A stretch of DNA of 64,000 nt, from NCBI GenBank assembly GCA_947476185.1, contig CANJPX010000008.1:5693-69692 (forward strand), given 5' to 3'. The notes beneath the pieces are model-generated. The model was not told where the DNA came from and made no database searches. It saw only the letters and a program-made list of their open reading frames with translations. The translations under genes were made by a program, and so were the position numbers. Positions 39,750-49,468 of the stretch are shown here, in pieces. The DNA comes from Bacteroidota bacterium (GTDB lineage: Bacteria; Bacteroidota; Bacteroidia; 2-12-FULL-35-15). Position 1 is the first letter of the stretch. Every line of letters starts with the position of its first letter.

Positions 39750-41734
39750 ACAGTTTGCTTTTTAGCTGATTTAAATTTAAGAATTAATTTGAATCCTTTT
39801 TCAACTTTATCATCAAAAACCAATGTTCCATGAATTATTTTTGCCCTTTCCTGCATTGAAAGTAAACCTATCCCTAAATGTTGTTTTTTCACCTTCAACC
39901 CTGTTCCATTATCCTGATATAACAAGATCAATTCTCCGGCCTTTTCCTGAATAGAAATTTTTAGTCCGGAGGCTCCGGAATGCTTGATCGTATTATTTGT
40001 GCACTCCTGTATGATCCTGAAAATATGGGTTTGAATCTGAATTGATAGTTGTTCGACACAATCTTCAATCTCGAAACTACACTCCAACTTCGTTGCAGAT
40101 TGAATACTTTCAAGCAAAGAGGCAACGGATCTTGATAAACCGATCTTTTCCAAATTTGTCGGGTATAAATTACGCGAAATTTCTCTGGTCTGTTCGATCA
40201 CTCTCCCTAATTCATTTTCCAGTACGTCTGAAGGTTCTTTGGAATTTTGTTTTTCTTTTATGATTTTCGATTTTATCACCGACAACGATTGTCCTATATC
40301 ATCGTGAAGATCCCTTGAGATACGTAAACGCTCCTCCTCAATATTCTGGATCAATTGCTGACTAAATTGCTGTTGTTTTTCTTTTATCTTTTTCGAATAT
40401 CGCAACGACGATAAACTAATTATCAGAATAATAAAAATAATTGCTGTACCTATGCTGATCCATTTCAGATAGCGTTCCTCCTGATTACTTTTTTCAAGTA
40501 AAATAGTTGTGGATCTCTCTTTTTCCAACTCGATCTCTTTCTTCTGAATTCTCTGATTTTGCTGTAGCTCCGCAATAACTTTGTTGTTAATTTGTCCGGC
40601 CAGGCTATCTTTTATTTGAGCAAAGCTTAAATAATTTTCCAATGCTTCCTTGTAATTTTTTTTATCATTTTCTATCCTATATTCCATTAGATAATAAGAG
40701 GAAAGTGCTTCTAAATTTCCTGTTTCTTTAGTAAGTTCTTTGATTTTCTGCAGCAATTTTTCGGCTTCATCCACTTTTTTTATACCAATGAAAACATTTG
40801 CTTTATTCAAATAGGCCGTAGTAAGTTCTTTTTTAAAATTGTGCATTTGAAGAACAACGATCGCTGAATCAATGTACGCCAAAGCCTTTTCACTTTTCCC
40901 CGTATTCGAAAATGCTGATGCCAGATTAATATAATTGCTTGCCAGTTCCTGTGGAAGATTATTTTGCCGGGAGTATTGAATTACCTTTTCAAATAGCGCA
41001 TACGCTTTTTCAGGTTTATTGTCGGAAACATAGGTTAGGCAAATATTCATTTGAATGTGGCCTACAAGGCGTTTGCTGTTTTCTTTTTCCGCAATTTGTA
41101 AACCTTTTTCAAAATCGTCTAGCGCTTCTTTTATTTGTCCGAGTCCTAATTTTATTAATCCAAGATTATTTCTAAAAACTGCTGAATAATAATTAAGATC
41201 CTGGATCTCTGAAATCGTAAGCCCTTCCAGATATAATTTTGTCGCTGACTTTGCATCATTGTTTTCTTCTTTCAATATCCCTTTCAGGTTTAATAACTCA
41301 GCCACATTTTCGAAATCTTCCCTTTTTTTTGATATAACTAATAAGTCATCCAATTCTTTTTCGGCTTGTTCTTTATTTCCATTTTCATATTCTAAAAAAG
41401 CCAATCTAATTTGAGCTAGGGTTTCGATATGAGGATTCTCCCATTTTTTTGCTTCCGTGAGTGCTAATTCAAAATATATTTTTGCTTTATCAAGATTTCG
41501 AACATAGAAAAAATAGTTTCCATAATACAAGTGAACCTCAGCAACAGCTGCTTTTGTTGAAGACAGCAAAGCTTTTGAAATTGTTTCTTCTCCAATATTA
41601 AAAAGTTTGGTTGAATCATAGTAGGAGGCATCTTTTACCTGCGCGATATATTGATCTATATTATTGCCATATCGGGAATAACAAGGCAAAATAAAAATCA
41701 AGAAAAGCAAATTGGCAATTATCCTTTTTTTCAT
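39746..41734 (-). CDS. TPR-containing membrane sensor kinase (HisKA_3 class)
   Basis: TPRs, TM, ERLRISRDLHDDIGQ, QECTNNTIKHS, DNGTG, GIGL; 4-bp overlap with the regulator. Confidence 0.92.
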   Translation of the reverse strand: MKKRIIANLLFLIFILPCYSRYGNNIDQYIAQVKDASYYDSTKLFNIGEETISKALLSSTKAAVAEVHLYYGNYFFYVRNLDKAKIYFELALTEAKKWENPHIETLAQIRLAFLEYENGNKEQAEKELDDLLVISKKREDFENVAELLNLKGILKEENNDAKSATKLYLEGLTISEIQDLNYYSAVFRNNLGLIKLGLGQIKEALDDFEKGLQIAEKENSKRLVGHIQMNICLTYVSDNKPEKAYALFEKVIQYSRQNNLPQELASNYINLASAFSNTGKSEKALAYIDSAIVVLQMHNFKKELTTAYLNKANVFIGIKKVDEAEKLLQKIKELTKETGNLEALSSYYLMEYRIENDKKNYKEALENYLSFAQIKDSLAGQINNKVIAELQQNQRIQKKEIELEKERSTTILLEKSNQEERYLKWISIGTAIIFIILIISLSSLRYSKKIKEKQQQFSQQLIQNIEEERLRISRDLHDDIGQSLSVIKSKIIKEKQNSKEPSDVLENELGRVIEQTREISRNLYPTNLEKIGLSRSVASLLESIQSATKLECSFEIEDCVEQLSIQIQTHIFRIIQECTNNTIKHSGASGLKISIQEKAGELILLYQDNGTGLKVKKQHLGIGLLSMQERAKIIHGTLVFDDKVEKGFKLILKFKSAKKQTV

Positions 41735-41819
41735 CCTTTAGAAAAGAGATTATTGGGGAATTATTTTTACTAAATATAATAATTTATAAGGAACCTGATT
41801 CATGAAGCCCGTTTTTATC

Positions 41820-41873
41820 AATTTTAAAGTTTAAATACTTTAAAATTAGACTTTTATTAGGGGGCAGCCCCCT
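41820..41873. promoter_or_regulatory. Two palindromes in the divergent promoter between kinase and surface protein
   Basis: AATTTTAAAGT-ttaaat-ACTTTAAAATT (41820-41847) and AGGGGGC-A-GCCCCCT (41859-41873). Confidence 0.5.
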
Positions 41874-41926
41874 TGTTTTACTTTACCTTATAAATGAAAT
41901 TTGTATTAGATAAAAACAATTCTCTC

Positions 41927-44900
41927 ATGAAACAATTTTTTAAAAAATTACTACTGCCAATAATTGGCTTGCTATTTTGTATATCTGCAACTGCACAAAC
42001 CTTTAACTGGACAGGATTCGTAACTACAACCAGCTCTGCTACAAGAACTTTTATCAATGGGAACATGACCGCTGTGGTATCTGCAGTTAGCGGAGGAGGT
42101 ACAACAGGCTATTCAAATGGAAGCTCCTCTCAGATCGGAGGCACAGGTGTTTGTGCCGGAACACCCACAGGCTTATTTATGGAAATGTCAGGTGGCAGCA
42201 GTGCATGGGCAAATCAGATAAATGTTGCAATTACTTTTGCAACTCCTGTATGTGCGCCAGCCACATTCACAATTTACGATATCAATGAAGATATATGGGC
42301 GGGTGGTCCAAATTCCAATTATGACGACCAAGTTACTATTGGGGCTACTGACCCAACAGCCACACCCATTGCTCCTGCAAATATTTTATATACAGGTTGT
42401 GCTGTTGCGGGCAATATCTCAACAGTTGGCAATACCAGAGTATTAAGAGGAAGATGGACCAGCAATGGTTGCTCCTGTGCAAGCACTACAGTAACGATTA
42501 ATGGCGGTGGACAAATGATCAAAACCATAAATATCCTTTATAACAATTGTCAGCCAGCAACCTATGCAAAATATGGAATTTGTCAATTTCAGAATATTGT
42601 TATTTCACCTATTGTAGTTACTGCTCCTCCTACGGCATCTATCACCTCATCTGTAATACCATGTGGATCAACAACTGCAACATTAACAGCAACAACTTCA
42701 GCAGGTAGTCCGACCTATGCATGGACAGGACCGGGAACAATTGTTTCACCTGCAGCTGCAATTACATCAGTAACCGGTGCAGGAACATATACTGTAACGA
42801 TTAATCCGGGCAGCTGCAGTTCTACAGCTACTTATACAGTTGCGGCCAGTGGAACACCACCCAATGTTACAGCAACTGCTGCTCAAACTGTCACCTGCAG
42901 TTCTCCAACGATTTCAGCCTCCTCCTCCAGTTCTCCCGTCACATTCAGTTGGGCCGGAGGTGTTGCTTCCGGTGGATCAACATCTACACCAACCATAACT
43001 TCCCCAGGAACCTATACCGTTACGGTTACAAATACAAGTACCGGTTGCACAAGCACAGCAACAGTGGTGGCAACAATGAATAATACGCCACCTGTTGTCA
43101 CTTCATCAAGTAATAATAATATTTCTTGTATCACACCAAACGCAACATTAACCGGAATAAGTTCAGGTACAATGGTATGGAACGGAGGATCATTAGTGAA
43201 CGCTGCTAATCCTGCAACAGTGACTGCTGCAGGAACCTATACGGTTACTTCAACTACTGCCGCAAATGGTTGTACTGCGACTTCATCAGTAACTATAACA
43301 GGAAATACAACTCCTCCTGTTGTTACTTCTTCAAGTTCAGGAAACTTGACTTGTACTACTTTAAACTCGACATTAACAGGAGTAAGTGCCGGTACTATGG
43401 TTTGGAATGGAGGAGCCTTGGTGAATGCTTTAAACCCTGCATCTGTTTCAGCCATTGGCACATATACGGTAACCTCAACAACTGCAGCTAACGGATGTAC
43501 CGCTACTTCAACGGTTACCATAACCTCAAACACAACTCCTCCTGCTGTTACATCTGCAGGCACCGGAAATTTAACATGTACAACATTGAGTTCTATATTA
43601 ACAGGAACAAGCACCGGGACAATGGTTTGGAATGGTGGCGCATTAGTAAATGCTACAAACCCTGCTTCCGTTTCTGCTGCAGGAACCTATACCGTTACTT
43701 CTACAACTTCCGCAAATGGCTGTACAGCAACGTCAACAGTTACAATAACTTCTAATACTACTCCACCGGTTGTTACTTCCTCGAGTAGTAATAATATTTC
43801 GTGTGCTACTACCAGCGCTTTATTAACAGGAGTAAGTTCAGGTACAATGGTATGGAATGGCGGATCATTAGTGAACGCTGCAAACCCTGCTACGGTTACT
43901 GCTGCAGGAACCTATACAGTTACTTCAACAACAGCAGCGAACGGATGTACTGCTACTTCAACGGTTACAGTTACAGCCAGTGGAGCGATCCCAAATATTT
44001 CTATTGCTGTACCTGCACAAATAACGTGTACAACACCAAGTGTTACTTTAATTGGAAATTCTACAACACCAAGTGCAACGTACCTTTGGACAGGTGGACC
44101 TGCATCCGCAAACTACACTGTCAGCGGAGCATCAACATATACTTTAACAGTTACCGATCCGGGTAACGGATGTACTGCAACACAAACGGTTGCGGTAACA
44201 AGCAATACAACACCACCTGCTGTTACATCCGCTGGTACAGGAAATTTAACATGTACAACATTGAGTTCTACATTGACCGGAACAAGCACCGGAACTATGG
44301 TTTGGAATGGTGGCGCATTAGTGAATGCTGCAAACCCTGCTTCCGTTTCTGCTGCAGGAACTTATACAGTTACTTCTACAACTGCTGCTAATGGCTGTAC
44401 TGCCACATCAACGGTTACGATCACATCCAATACTACTCCACCGGTTGTTACTTCATCAAGCAGTAATAATATCGATTGTACCACTTTAAGTTCAACACTA
44501 ACTGGTACCAGCGCCGGAACAATGGTATGGAATGGAGGCGCTTTAGTGAACGCTGCAAATCCCACTTCTGTAACTGCAGGAGGAACATATACCGTAACTT
44601 CAACGGATGCTGCTAACGGATGTACTGCTACTTCTACAGTTACAGTTACAGCCAGCGGAGCATTACCAAACATAAGCATTACTTCACCTCCACAAATTAC
44701 CTGCACAACATCGAGTGTAACGCTTACCGGAAGTTCTACAACTCCGGGTGTAGGATATCAATGGACCGGAGGACCAGCTACTGCTACCTATTTTGTTAGT
44801 GCAGCAAATACATATACATTAACCGTTACAGATCTGGGAACAGGATGCGCTTCGCAGCAAACAGTTGTTGTTTCTGCAAATACAACACCTCCATCCGCAA

Positions 44901-46111
44901 CAGCCGGATCCCCATTAATACTGAATTGTACAACTACAAGTGGAAGCATATCAGCAAGCTCAACAGCAACAAGTCCTACCTACTCATGGACAGGAACAGG
45001 AATTACCGGAGGAGGAACAACTGTATCTCCAACAGTAAATGCTGCCGGAACATATACTGTTACCATCACAGATCCAGCTAACGGATGTACGTCAACAACA
45101 ACTGTCACCGTAACAAGCAACACTGTTCCTCCAAATGCAACTGCAGGTTCTGCACTTTCATTAAATTGTATTACAACAAGCGGAACTATCAGTGCCAGCT
45201 CAACAACAAGCGGAGCTACATATAACTGGACCGGAGCGGGAATCACGGCAGGAGGAACAACTGCTTCTCCGACAGTAAATGCCGCAGGAACATACACTGT
45301 CACGGTTACAGATCCGAGTAATGGATGTACTTCAACTACAACCGTTGCTGTAACAAATATTGTTTCTCCGCCCAACGTAACTGCTGGTGCAGGTGCAATC
45401 ATTAATTGCAGCAGTGGCATTGCAGGAATAAATGCAAGTTCAACAACTGCAGGTGCGACCTACTCCTGGTCCGGACCAGGTATTTCAAGTGGTGGAACTA
45501 CGGCTACTCCAACAGTAAATGCTGCCGGAACTTATACTGTAACAGTCACTGATCCTACCAACGGTTGTACTTCTACTTCAACTGTAATTGTTTCTCTGAA
45601 TCCCGGACCAACTGCAAATGCAGGAACTGACATTACTATCAGCAATGGAACATCAACCACTTTGACTGCCAGTGGAGGCGGAACATATTTATGGAATACC
45701 GGAGATGTTACAAATACAATTGTAGTTTCTCCAACCACAACCACCGACTATTGTGTAACTGTAACCGATACCAGTGGATGTGCTGATACAGCTTGTGTCC
45801 GCATCTCTGTTGAAAATCCTTGTCCAGGAGTTAATGATCTGCAAGTACCAAATGCTTTTTCACCAAACGGTGACGGACATAATGATCAGATCTGTTTACA
45901 AGGATGGGGTGATTGTATCAGCGGATTTAAAATTACGATCTATGACCGATGGGGAGAAAAAGTTTTTGAATCAGAAGATCCAGCCTTTTGTTGGGATGGA
46001 GTATTCAATAAAAAAATGCTTGACCCCGCTGTATTTGTTTATTACATAACGGCCAATCTTCCGAACAATGACAAGATCGCTAAAAAAGGAAACATATCAC
46101 TTATTCGCTAA
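41927..46111 (+). CDS. Large Thr/Ser-rich repeat surface protein with T9SS type-B (gliding motility-associated) C-terminal domain
   Basis: Signal peptide from MKQFFKK; GTYTVT repeats; C-terminal VPNAFSPNGDGHND...IYDRWGE...WDG...KGNISLIR. Confidence 0.92.
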   Translation: MKQFFKKLLLPIIGLLFCISATAQTFNWTGFVTTTSSATRTFINGNMTAVVSAVSGGGTTGYSNGSSSQIGGTGVCAGTPTGLFMEMSGGSSAWANQINVAITFATPVCAPATFTIYDINEDIWAGGPNSNYDDQVTIGATDPTATPIAPANILYTGCAVAGNISTVGNTRVLRGRWTSNGCSCASTTVTINGGGQMIKTINILYNNCQPATYAKYGICQFQNIVISPIVVTAPPTASITSSVIPCGSTTATLTATTSAGSPTYAWTGPGTIVSPAAAITSVTGAGTYTVTINPGSCSSTATYTVAASGTPPNVTATAAQTVTCSSPTISASSSSSPVTFSWAGGVASGGSTSTPTITSPGTYTVTVTNTSTGCTSTATVVATMNNTPPVVTSSSNNNISCITPNATLTGISSGTMVWNGGSLVNAANPATVTAAGTYTVTSTTAANGCTATSSVTITGNTTPPVVTSSSSGNLTCTTLNSTLTGVSAGTMVWNGGALVNALNPASVSAIGTYTVTSTTAANGCTATSTVTITSNTTPPAVTSAGTGNLTCTTLSSILTGTSTGTMVWNGGALVNATNPASVSAAGTYTVTSTTSANGCTATSTVTITSNTTPPVVTSSSSNNISCATTSALLTGVSSGTMVWNGGSLVNAANPATVTAAGTYTVTSTTAANGCTATSTVTVTASGAIPNISIAVPAQITCTTPSVTLIGNSTTPSATYLWTGGPASANYTVSGASTYTLTVTDPGNGCTATQTVAVTSNTTPPAVTSAGTGNLTCTTLSSTLTGTSTGTMVWNGGALVNAANPASVSAAGTYTVTSTTAANGCTATSTVTITSNTTPPVVTSSSSNNIDCTTLSSTLTGTSAGTMVWNGGALVNAANPTSVTAGGTYTVTSTDAANGCTATSTVTVTASGALPNISITSPPQITCTTSSVTLTGSSTTPGVGYQWTGGPATATYFVSAANTYTLTVTDLGTGCASQQTVVVSANTTPPSATAGSPLILNCTTTSGSISASSTATSPTYSWTGTGITGGGTTVSPTVNAAGTYTVTITDPANGCTSTTTVTVTSNTVPPNATAGSALSLNCITTSGTISASSTTSGATYNWTGAGITAGGTTASPTVNAAGTYTVTVTDPSNGCTSTTTVAVTNIVSPPNVTAGAGAIINCSSGIAGINASSTTAGATYSWSGPGISSGGTTATPTVNAAGTYTVTVTDPTNGCTSTSTVIVSLNPGPTANAGTDITISNGTSTTLTASGGGTYLWNTGDVTNTIVVSPTTTTDYCVTVTDTSGCADTACVRISVENPCPGVNDLQVPNAFSPNGDGHNDQICLQGWGDCISGFKITIYDRWGEKVFESEDPAFCWDGVFNKKMLDPAVFVYYITANLPNNDKIAKKGNISLIR
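43079..45598 (+). repeat. Intragenic tandem repeats: 8 x 225 bp then 3 x 240 bp
   Basis: ATGGT(A/T)TGG at 43172, 43397, 43622, 43847, 44297, 44522; ACAGTAAATGC at 45032, 45272, 45512. Confidence 0.9.
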
Positions 46112-46133
46112 TCAGTAAAATACGAAATCAAAA

Positions 46134-47231
46134 ATGGAAACAACTAGAAACAAAATATGTATTGTGATTTTCGGAATTAGCTCTTTGCTTTTTTTAAAAG
46201 TAAAGGCTCAGGATATTCACTTTTCTGAATTTAATGAGAACCCATCACTTGTAAACCCGGCCCTTACAGGACAGACACACATTTTAAAAGCTTCAGTAAT
46301 CTACAGAGATCAATGGAGAAGTGTCACCGTTCCATATAAAACATTTGGAGCTTCCGTTGAAATGAAATTAAAAGCAAGCAACTGGGATAAGGTGGGCGAC
46401 CATGCCACCTTAAAATTTAAAAAAGCATTCGGAAGAACAGCTGCAGGACTTTCCTTCTTCAGTGATAAGGCCGGAGATGGAAATATGGGAACCTCACAAG
46501 CGAATCTTTCTTTTGCATCATTTATTCCTGTTAGTTCAAAAAGTTCATTGTCATTAGGGATGCAAGCAAGTCTTGTTCAACGTAAAGTAGATTATGAAAA
46601 ACTTCTATGGAACGATCAATATGGCAGTGCAGGATATGATAATACAATGGATCCGGGTGAAAAATTTACTGATGGCAATTTCTTATATCCTGATTTTGCT
46701 GCAGGAGTTCTTTATAGTTATGGTTTTAACGAAAAAGCAATTGGGGCAAATAATCAATTTAATATGGATGTTGGTTTTTCCATTTATCACTTAAACACAC
46801 CTAAACAACAATATTTATCCGACACTCACGAAAGATTGCTGGCGAAATATATTGTTCATGGTAAATTTTTGATCGGAATAAAAAACACAAATCTATCCAT
46901 AGCGCCAAGCTATATTTTCCAGCTGCAAGGTTCAACAAAAGAATTTATTGCAGGTAGTATGTTCAGATATAATTTAAAAGAAGATTCTAAATATACCGGA
47001 TATGCAAAAGGAGCTACAATATCACTTGGTGCATTCTACAGAAACAAGGATGCCATGATCGCTTGTGCTCAGGTTGAATTCAGTCAATATGCGATTGGTT
47101 GCAGTTATGACATCAATACTTCCGGATTAACGAAAGCAAGTACATCAAGAGGAGGATTTGAGATCTTCTTAAAATTCGTAACGCCTAGCCCTTATTTATA
47201 TCAGAATAAGAACAAAGCGAAATTTAATTAG
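46134..47231 (+). CDS. PorP/SprF family T9SS membrane protein
   Basis: AQDIHFSEF...NPALTG, YRDQW, SYDIN.S.L, GGFEI; directly follows a type-B CTD cargo. Confidence 0.92.
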   Translation: METTRNKICIVIFGISSLLFLKVKAQDIHFSEFNENPSLVNPALTGQTHILKASVIYRDQWRSVTVPYKTFGASVEMKLKASNWDKVGDHATLKFKKAFGRTAAGLSFFSDKAGDGNMGTSQANLSFASFIPVSSKSSLSLGMQASLVQRKVDYEKLLWNDQYGSAGYDNTMDPGEKFTDGNFLYPDFAAGVLYSYGFNEKAIGANNQFNMDVGFSIYHLNTPKQQYLSDTHERLLAKYIVHGKFLIGIKNTNLSIAPSYIFQLQGSTKEFIAGSMFRYNLKEDSKYTGYAKGATISLGAFYRNKDAMIACAQVEFSQYAIGCSYDINTSGLTKASTSRGGFEIFLKFVTPSPYLYQNKNKAKFN

Positions 47232-47244
47232 AGGATAGTTAAAT

Positions 47245-47280
47245 AAAAAATGTCCCGTATTTCTACGGGACATTTTTTTT
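47245..47280. terminator. Bidirectional intrinsic terminator
   Basis: A6-TGTCCCGTA-TTTC-TACGGGACA-T8 between convergent genes. Confidence 0.85.
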
Positions 47281-47295
47281 AATTGTTCTTCCTAT

Positions 47296-47949
47296 TTATC
47301 CTGGTAATCTCGCAATATTTTTCTCCATCATATTTAACTGCTTCACAATTTCATCGGCTTTTGGTTTTTGTGCTTTGGCCTTTCTGAAATATTCTTTCCC
47401 AATCTTATTTTGTTTACGTTGAATCTCGATGGAGCACAGTTGCAAATAAACCGCCGCTAAACTGTCTTTATCAGGAATTCCGGCTTTAACAGCATCCATC
47501 AATGTCTGGCGCGCTTCTTTCGTTTTGCCTTGCTTTAATTGAATAAAACCCAACTGCATCAAATTTGTTCCTGTAACATCACCAACAATCTTTGATTTTG
47601 TTTTTAAGCTTTTTCTGATACTGCTTTCTGCCGCATTCAGATCATCGGATGCGAGTGACAAATTACTTTGAAGCATATAATATCCTGAGCGGATAGGTTT
47701 CAATAACAAACGAGGGAATTTTATCATTTTGATATACTCCGTAGCCTTTTCAACTTCCCCGTCAGATACAGCTTCCTGTACCAAACGCATCGTTCCCATC
47801 ATGAAATATAACAACAAGGAAATAAACGCAAGAATATAACAGATCCAAGCCGTAATAGGATCTTTATAATAATGTGATAATCCACCAAGGACAGCCAACA
47901 AAATAATAAGTGGTATCCTGTAAAGAATATAATAACGTAAAATTTTCAT
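47296..47949 (-). CDS. Hypothetical protein, two N-terminal TMs plus TPR-like helices
   Basis: Two hydrophobic segments, then TPR-like patterns (LMQLGFIQLKQGK..EA). Confidence 0.7.
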   Translation of the reverse strand: MKILRYYILYRIPLIILLAVLGGLSHYYKDPITAWICYILAFISLLLYFMMGTMRLVQEAVSDGEVEKATEYIKMIKFPRLLLKPIRSGYYMLQSNLSLASDDLNAAESSIRKSLKTKSKIVGDVTGTNLMQLGFIQLKQGKTKEARQTLMDAVKAGIPDKDSLAAVYLQLCSIEIQRKQNKIGKEYFRKAKAQKPKADEIVKQLNMMEKNIARLPG

Positions 47950-48010
47950 AGGTAAATATTTATTTAATCAGGGCACAAAAATAAGGGAAAATCCTGATTA
48001 ATGACGAATA

Positions 48011-48349
48011 TTAAAGTTCAAGTTCTTTCAGTGGCTCCCAGTAGTGTTTATCGAAGTTCCTGATCTTGTCATTTACCACTATTATTCCCTCTTTCTCCAG
48101 TAATTCTGCCATTAAAAAAGGGGTAGCAAAATGGTGTTTCCCGGTTAATTCCCCATTTCTGTTAACAACCCGGTGTGCAGGTACAGGTTTCTTTTGAGAA
48201 TGAGCAGCATTCATTGCCCAACCTACCATCCTCGAAGATCGTGCTGTACCTAAATATTTTGCAATGGCGCCATAACTTGTAACTCGACCTTTAGGAATAA
48301 GCCTGGCCACCTGAAATACCATCTGAAAAAAATCTTCGTGCTTTTCCAT
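48011..48349 (-). CDS. Alkyltransferase-like (ATL) MGMT-family DNA-binding protein
   Basis: IPKGRVTSYGAIA, RMVGWA, PAHRVV (catalytic Cys of PCHRV replaced by Ala). Confidence 0.88.
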   Translation of the reverse strand: MEKHEDFFQMVFQVARLIPKGRVTSYGAIAKYLGTARSSRMVGWAMNAAHSQKKPVPAHRVVNRNGELTGKHHFATPFLMAELLEKEGIIVVNDKIRNFDKHYWEPLKELEL

Positions 48350-48421
48350 AGTTTAATTTTTAATCGAGAACTAAATTTCTTACTGTATAGGTCCACTCGG
48401 CAGTAAAATCTGACAGTGCGC

Positions 48422-48660
48422 AGTCATGTTGAGCTTGTCGAAATATTTGCGGTGGCTTCCCACACCCTTCGATAAACTCAGGATGACTTCCCAGCTTCGA
48501 CACTCTGCATCATTGCCTGACGCAATCGAAGTGCGTTTTTGAGCGTTGTCATGTTGAGCCTGTAAAAATGTGGGCTAGCTTCCGCACACCCTTCGACAAG
48601 CTCAGTGTGACAGCCGCACATCGATATTTTGAACCTTCGCCTAACCCAACCGAAGCGAAG
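48422..48660. repeat. Tandem pair of REP-like inverted-repeat doublets (GTCATGTTGAGC...CTTCGA..A.CTCAG..TGAC family)
   Basis: Doublet 1 at 48422-48488, doublet 2 at 48547-48612; spacer and trailing sequences also similar; period about 125-128 bp. Confidence 0.8.
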
Positions 48661-48701
48661 CGAAATTTTGTGTTATTATTTTACCTAGCAATTGTATACG
48701 A

Positions 48702-49376
48702 CTATGACACACGGAATTTTAAATAACAGATCTTAAATCCCTTTTCAGAAAATAGCTTTTCGTAATAGGTTTTTATATTCGTCAATTCCTCATCACGCGG
48801 AGTTGTATCTTCATATAAATTATTCGTTGCATCCAGGATCTCCATATTATTTTCAAGAACAACTTCGCGGGAATAATCATAAAATGGTTCGTTATCCGTT
48901 TTCAGATTTATGACACCACCCATTTTTAATATTTTTTTATACCGGGTCAAAAACATCATATTGGTCAATCGATTTCGAACTCTTGTTTTCTGTGGCTGAG
49001 GATCAGGAAAGGTGATCCAAATTTCATCCACCTCATTATCTTCAAAACACTTATCGATAAAATCAATCCGAGTGCGGATAAATGCAACATTACTCATTTT
49101 ATTTTCAATGGCCGATTTGGCACCTGTCCAAATACGATTCCCCTTAATATCAACACCTATAAAATTTTTATCAGGATAACGTTTCGCCAAACCAAGAGTA
49201 TACTCTCCTTTGCCACATCCTAATTCTAAAACAATTGGATTTTCGTTCTTGAAATATTCTTTGTGCCACTTCCCTTTCATTTGAAATCCGCCATCCCTGG
49301 CTTGCTCAAATGACAAGAAGAAACAATTTTCGAAGGAAGAAACTTCAGCAAATTTTTTTAATTTTCGTTTAGCCAT
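48702..49376 (-). CDS. trmB: tRNA (guanine-N7)-methyltransferase
   Basis: LELGCGKGEY, GVDIKG.R, WITFPDPQP, LKTD, TYYE; start set at MAKRKL. Confidence 0.95.
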   Translation of the reverse strand: MAKRKLKKFAEVSSFENCFFLSFEQARDGGFQMKGKWHKEYFKNENPIVLELGCGKGEYTLGLAKRYPDKNFIGVDIKGNRIWTGAKSAIENKMSNVAFIRTRIDFIDKCFEDNEVDEIWITFPDPQPQKTRVRNRLTNMMFLTRYKKILKMGGVINLKTDNEPFYDYSREVVLENNMEILDATNNLYEDTTPRDEELTNIKTYYEKLFSEKGFKICYLKFRVS

Positions 49377-49468
49377 AAATAGTATCGCAATTTTTTTCAA
49401 GAAGATCACAGAGACCTCAGAGAAAAAATTAATTAACTTTAACCATATTTTTACAAAAATAAGCATTA

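Noticed and set aside
43079..45598. CRISPR array or non-coding repeat
   Set aside because: Periods of 225 and 240 bp are in-frame protein domains with synonymous variation; no spacer structure or cas genes
48011..48349. Inactivated (pseudo) O6-methylguanine methyltransferase
   Set aside because: Loss of the catalytic Cys with an intact frame is the normal state of ATL proteins
48422..48660. Mini CRISPR array or tRNA
   Set aside because: Repeats alternate in orientation, spacers resemble each other, and there is no cloverleaf or T-loop
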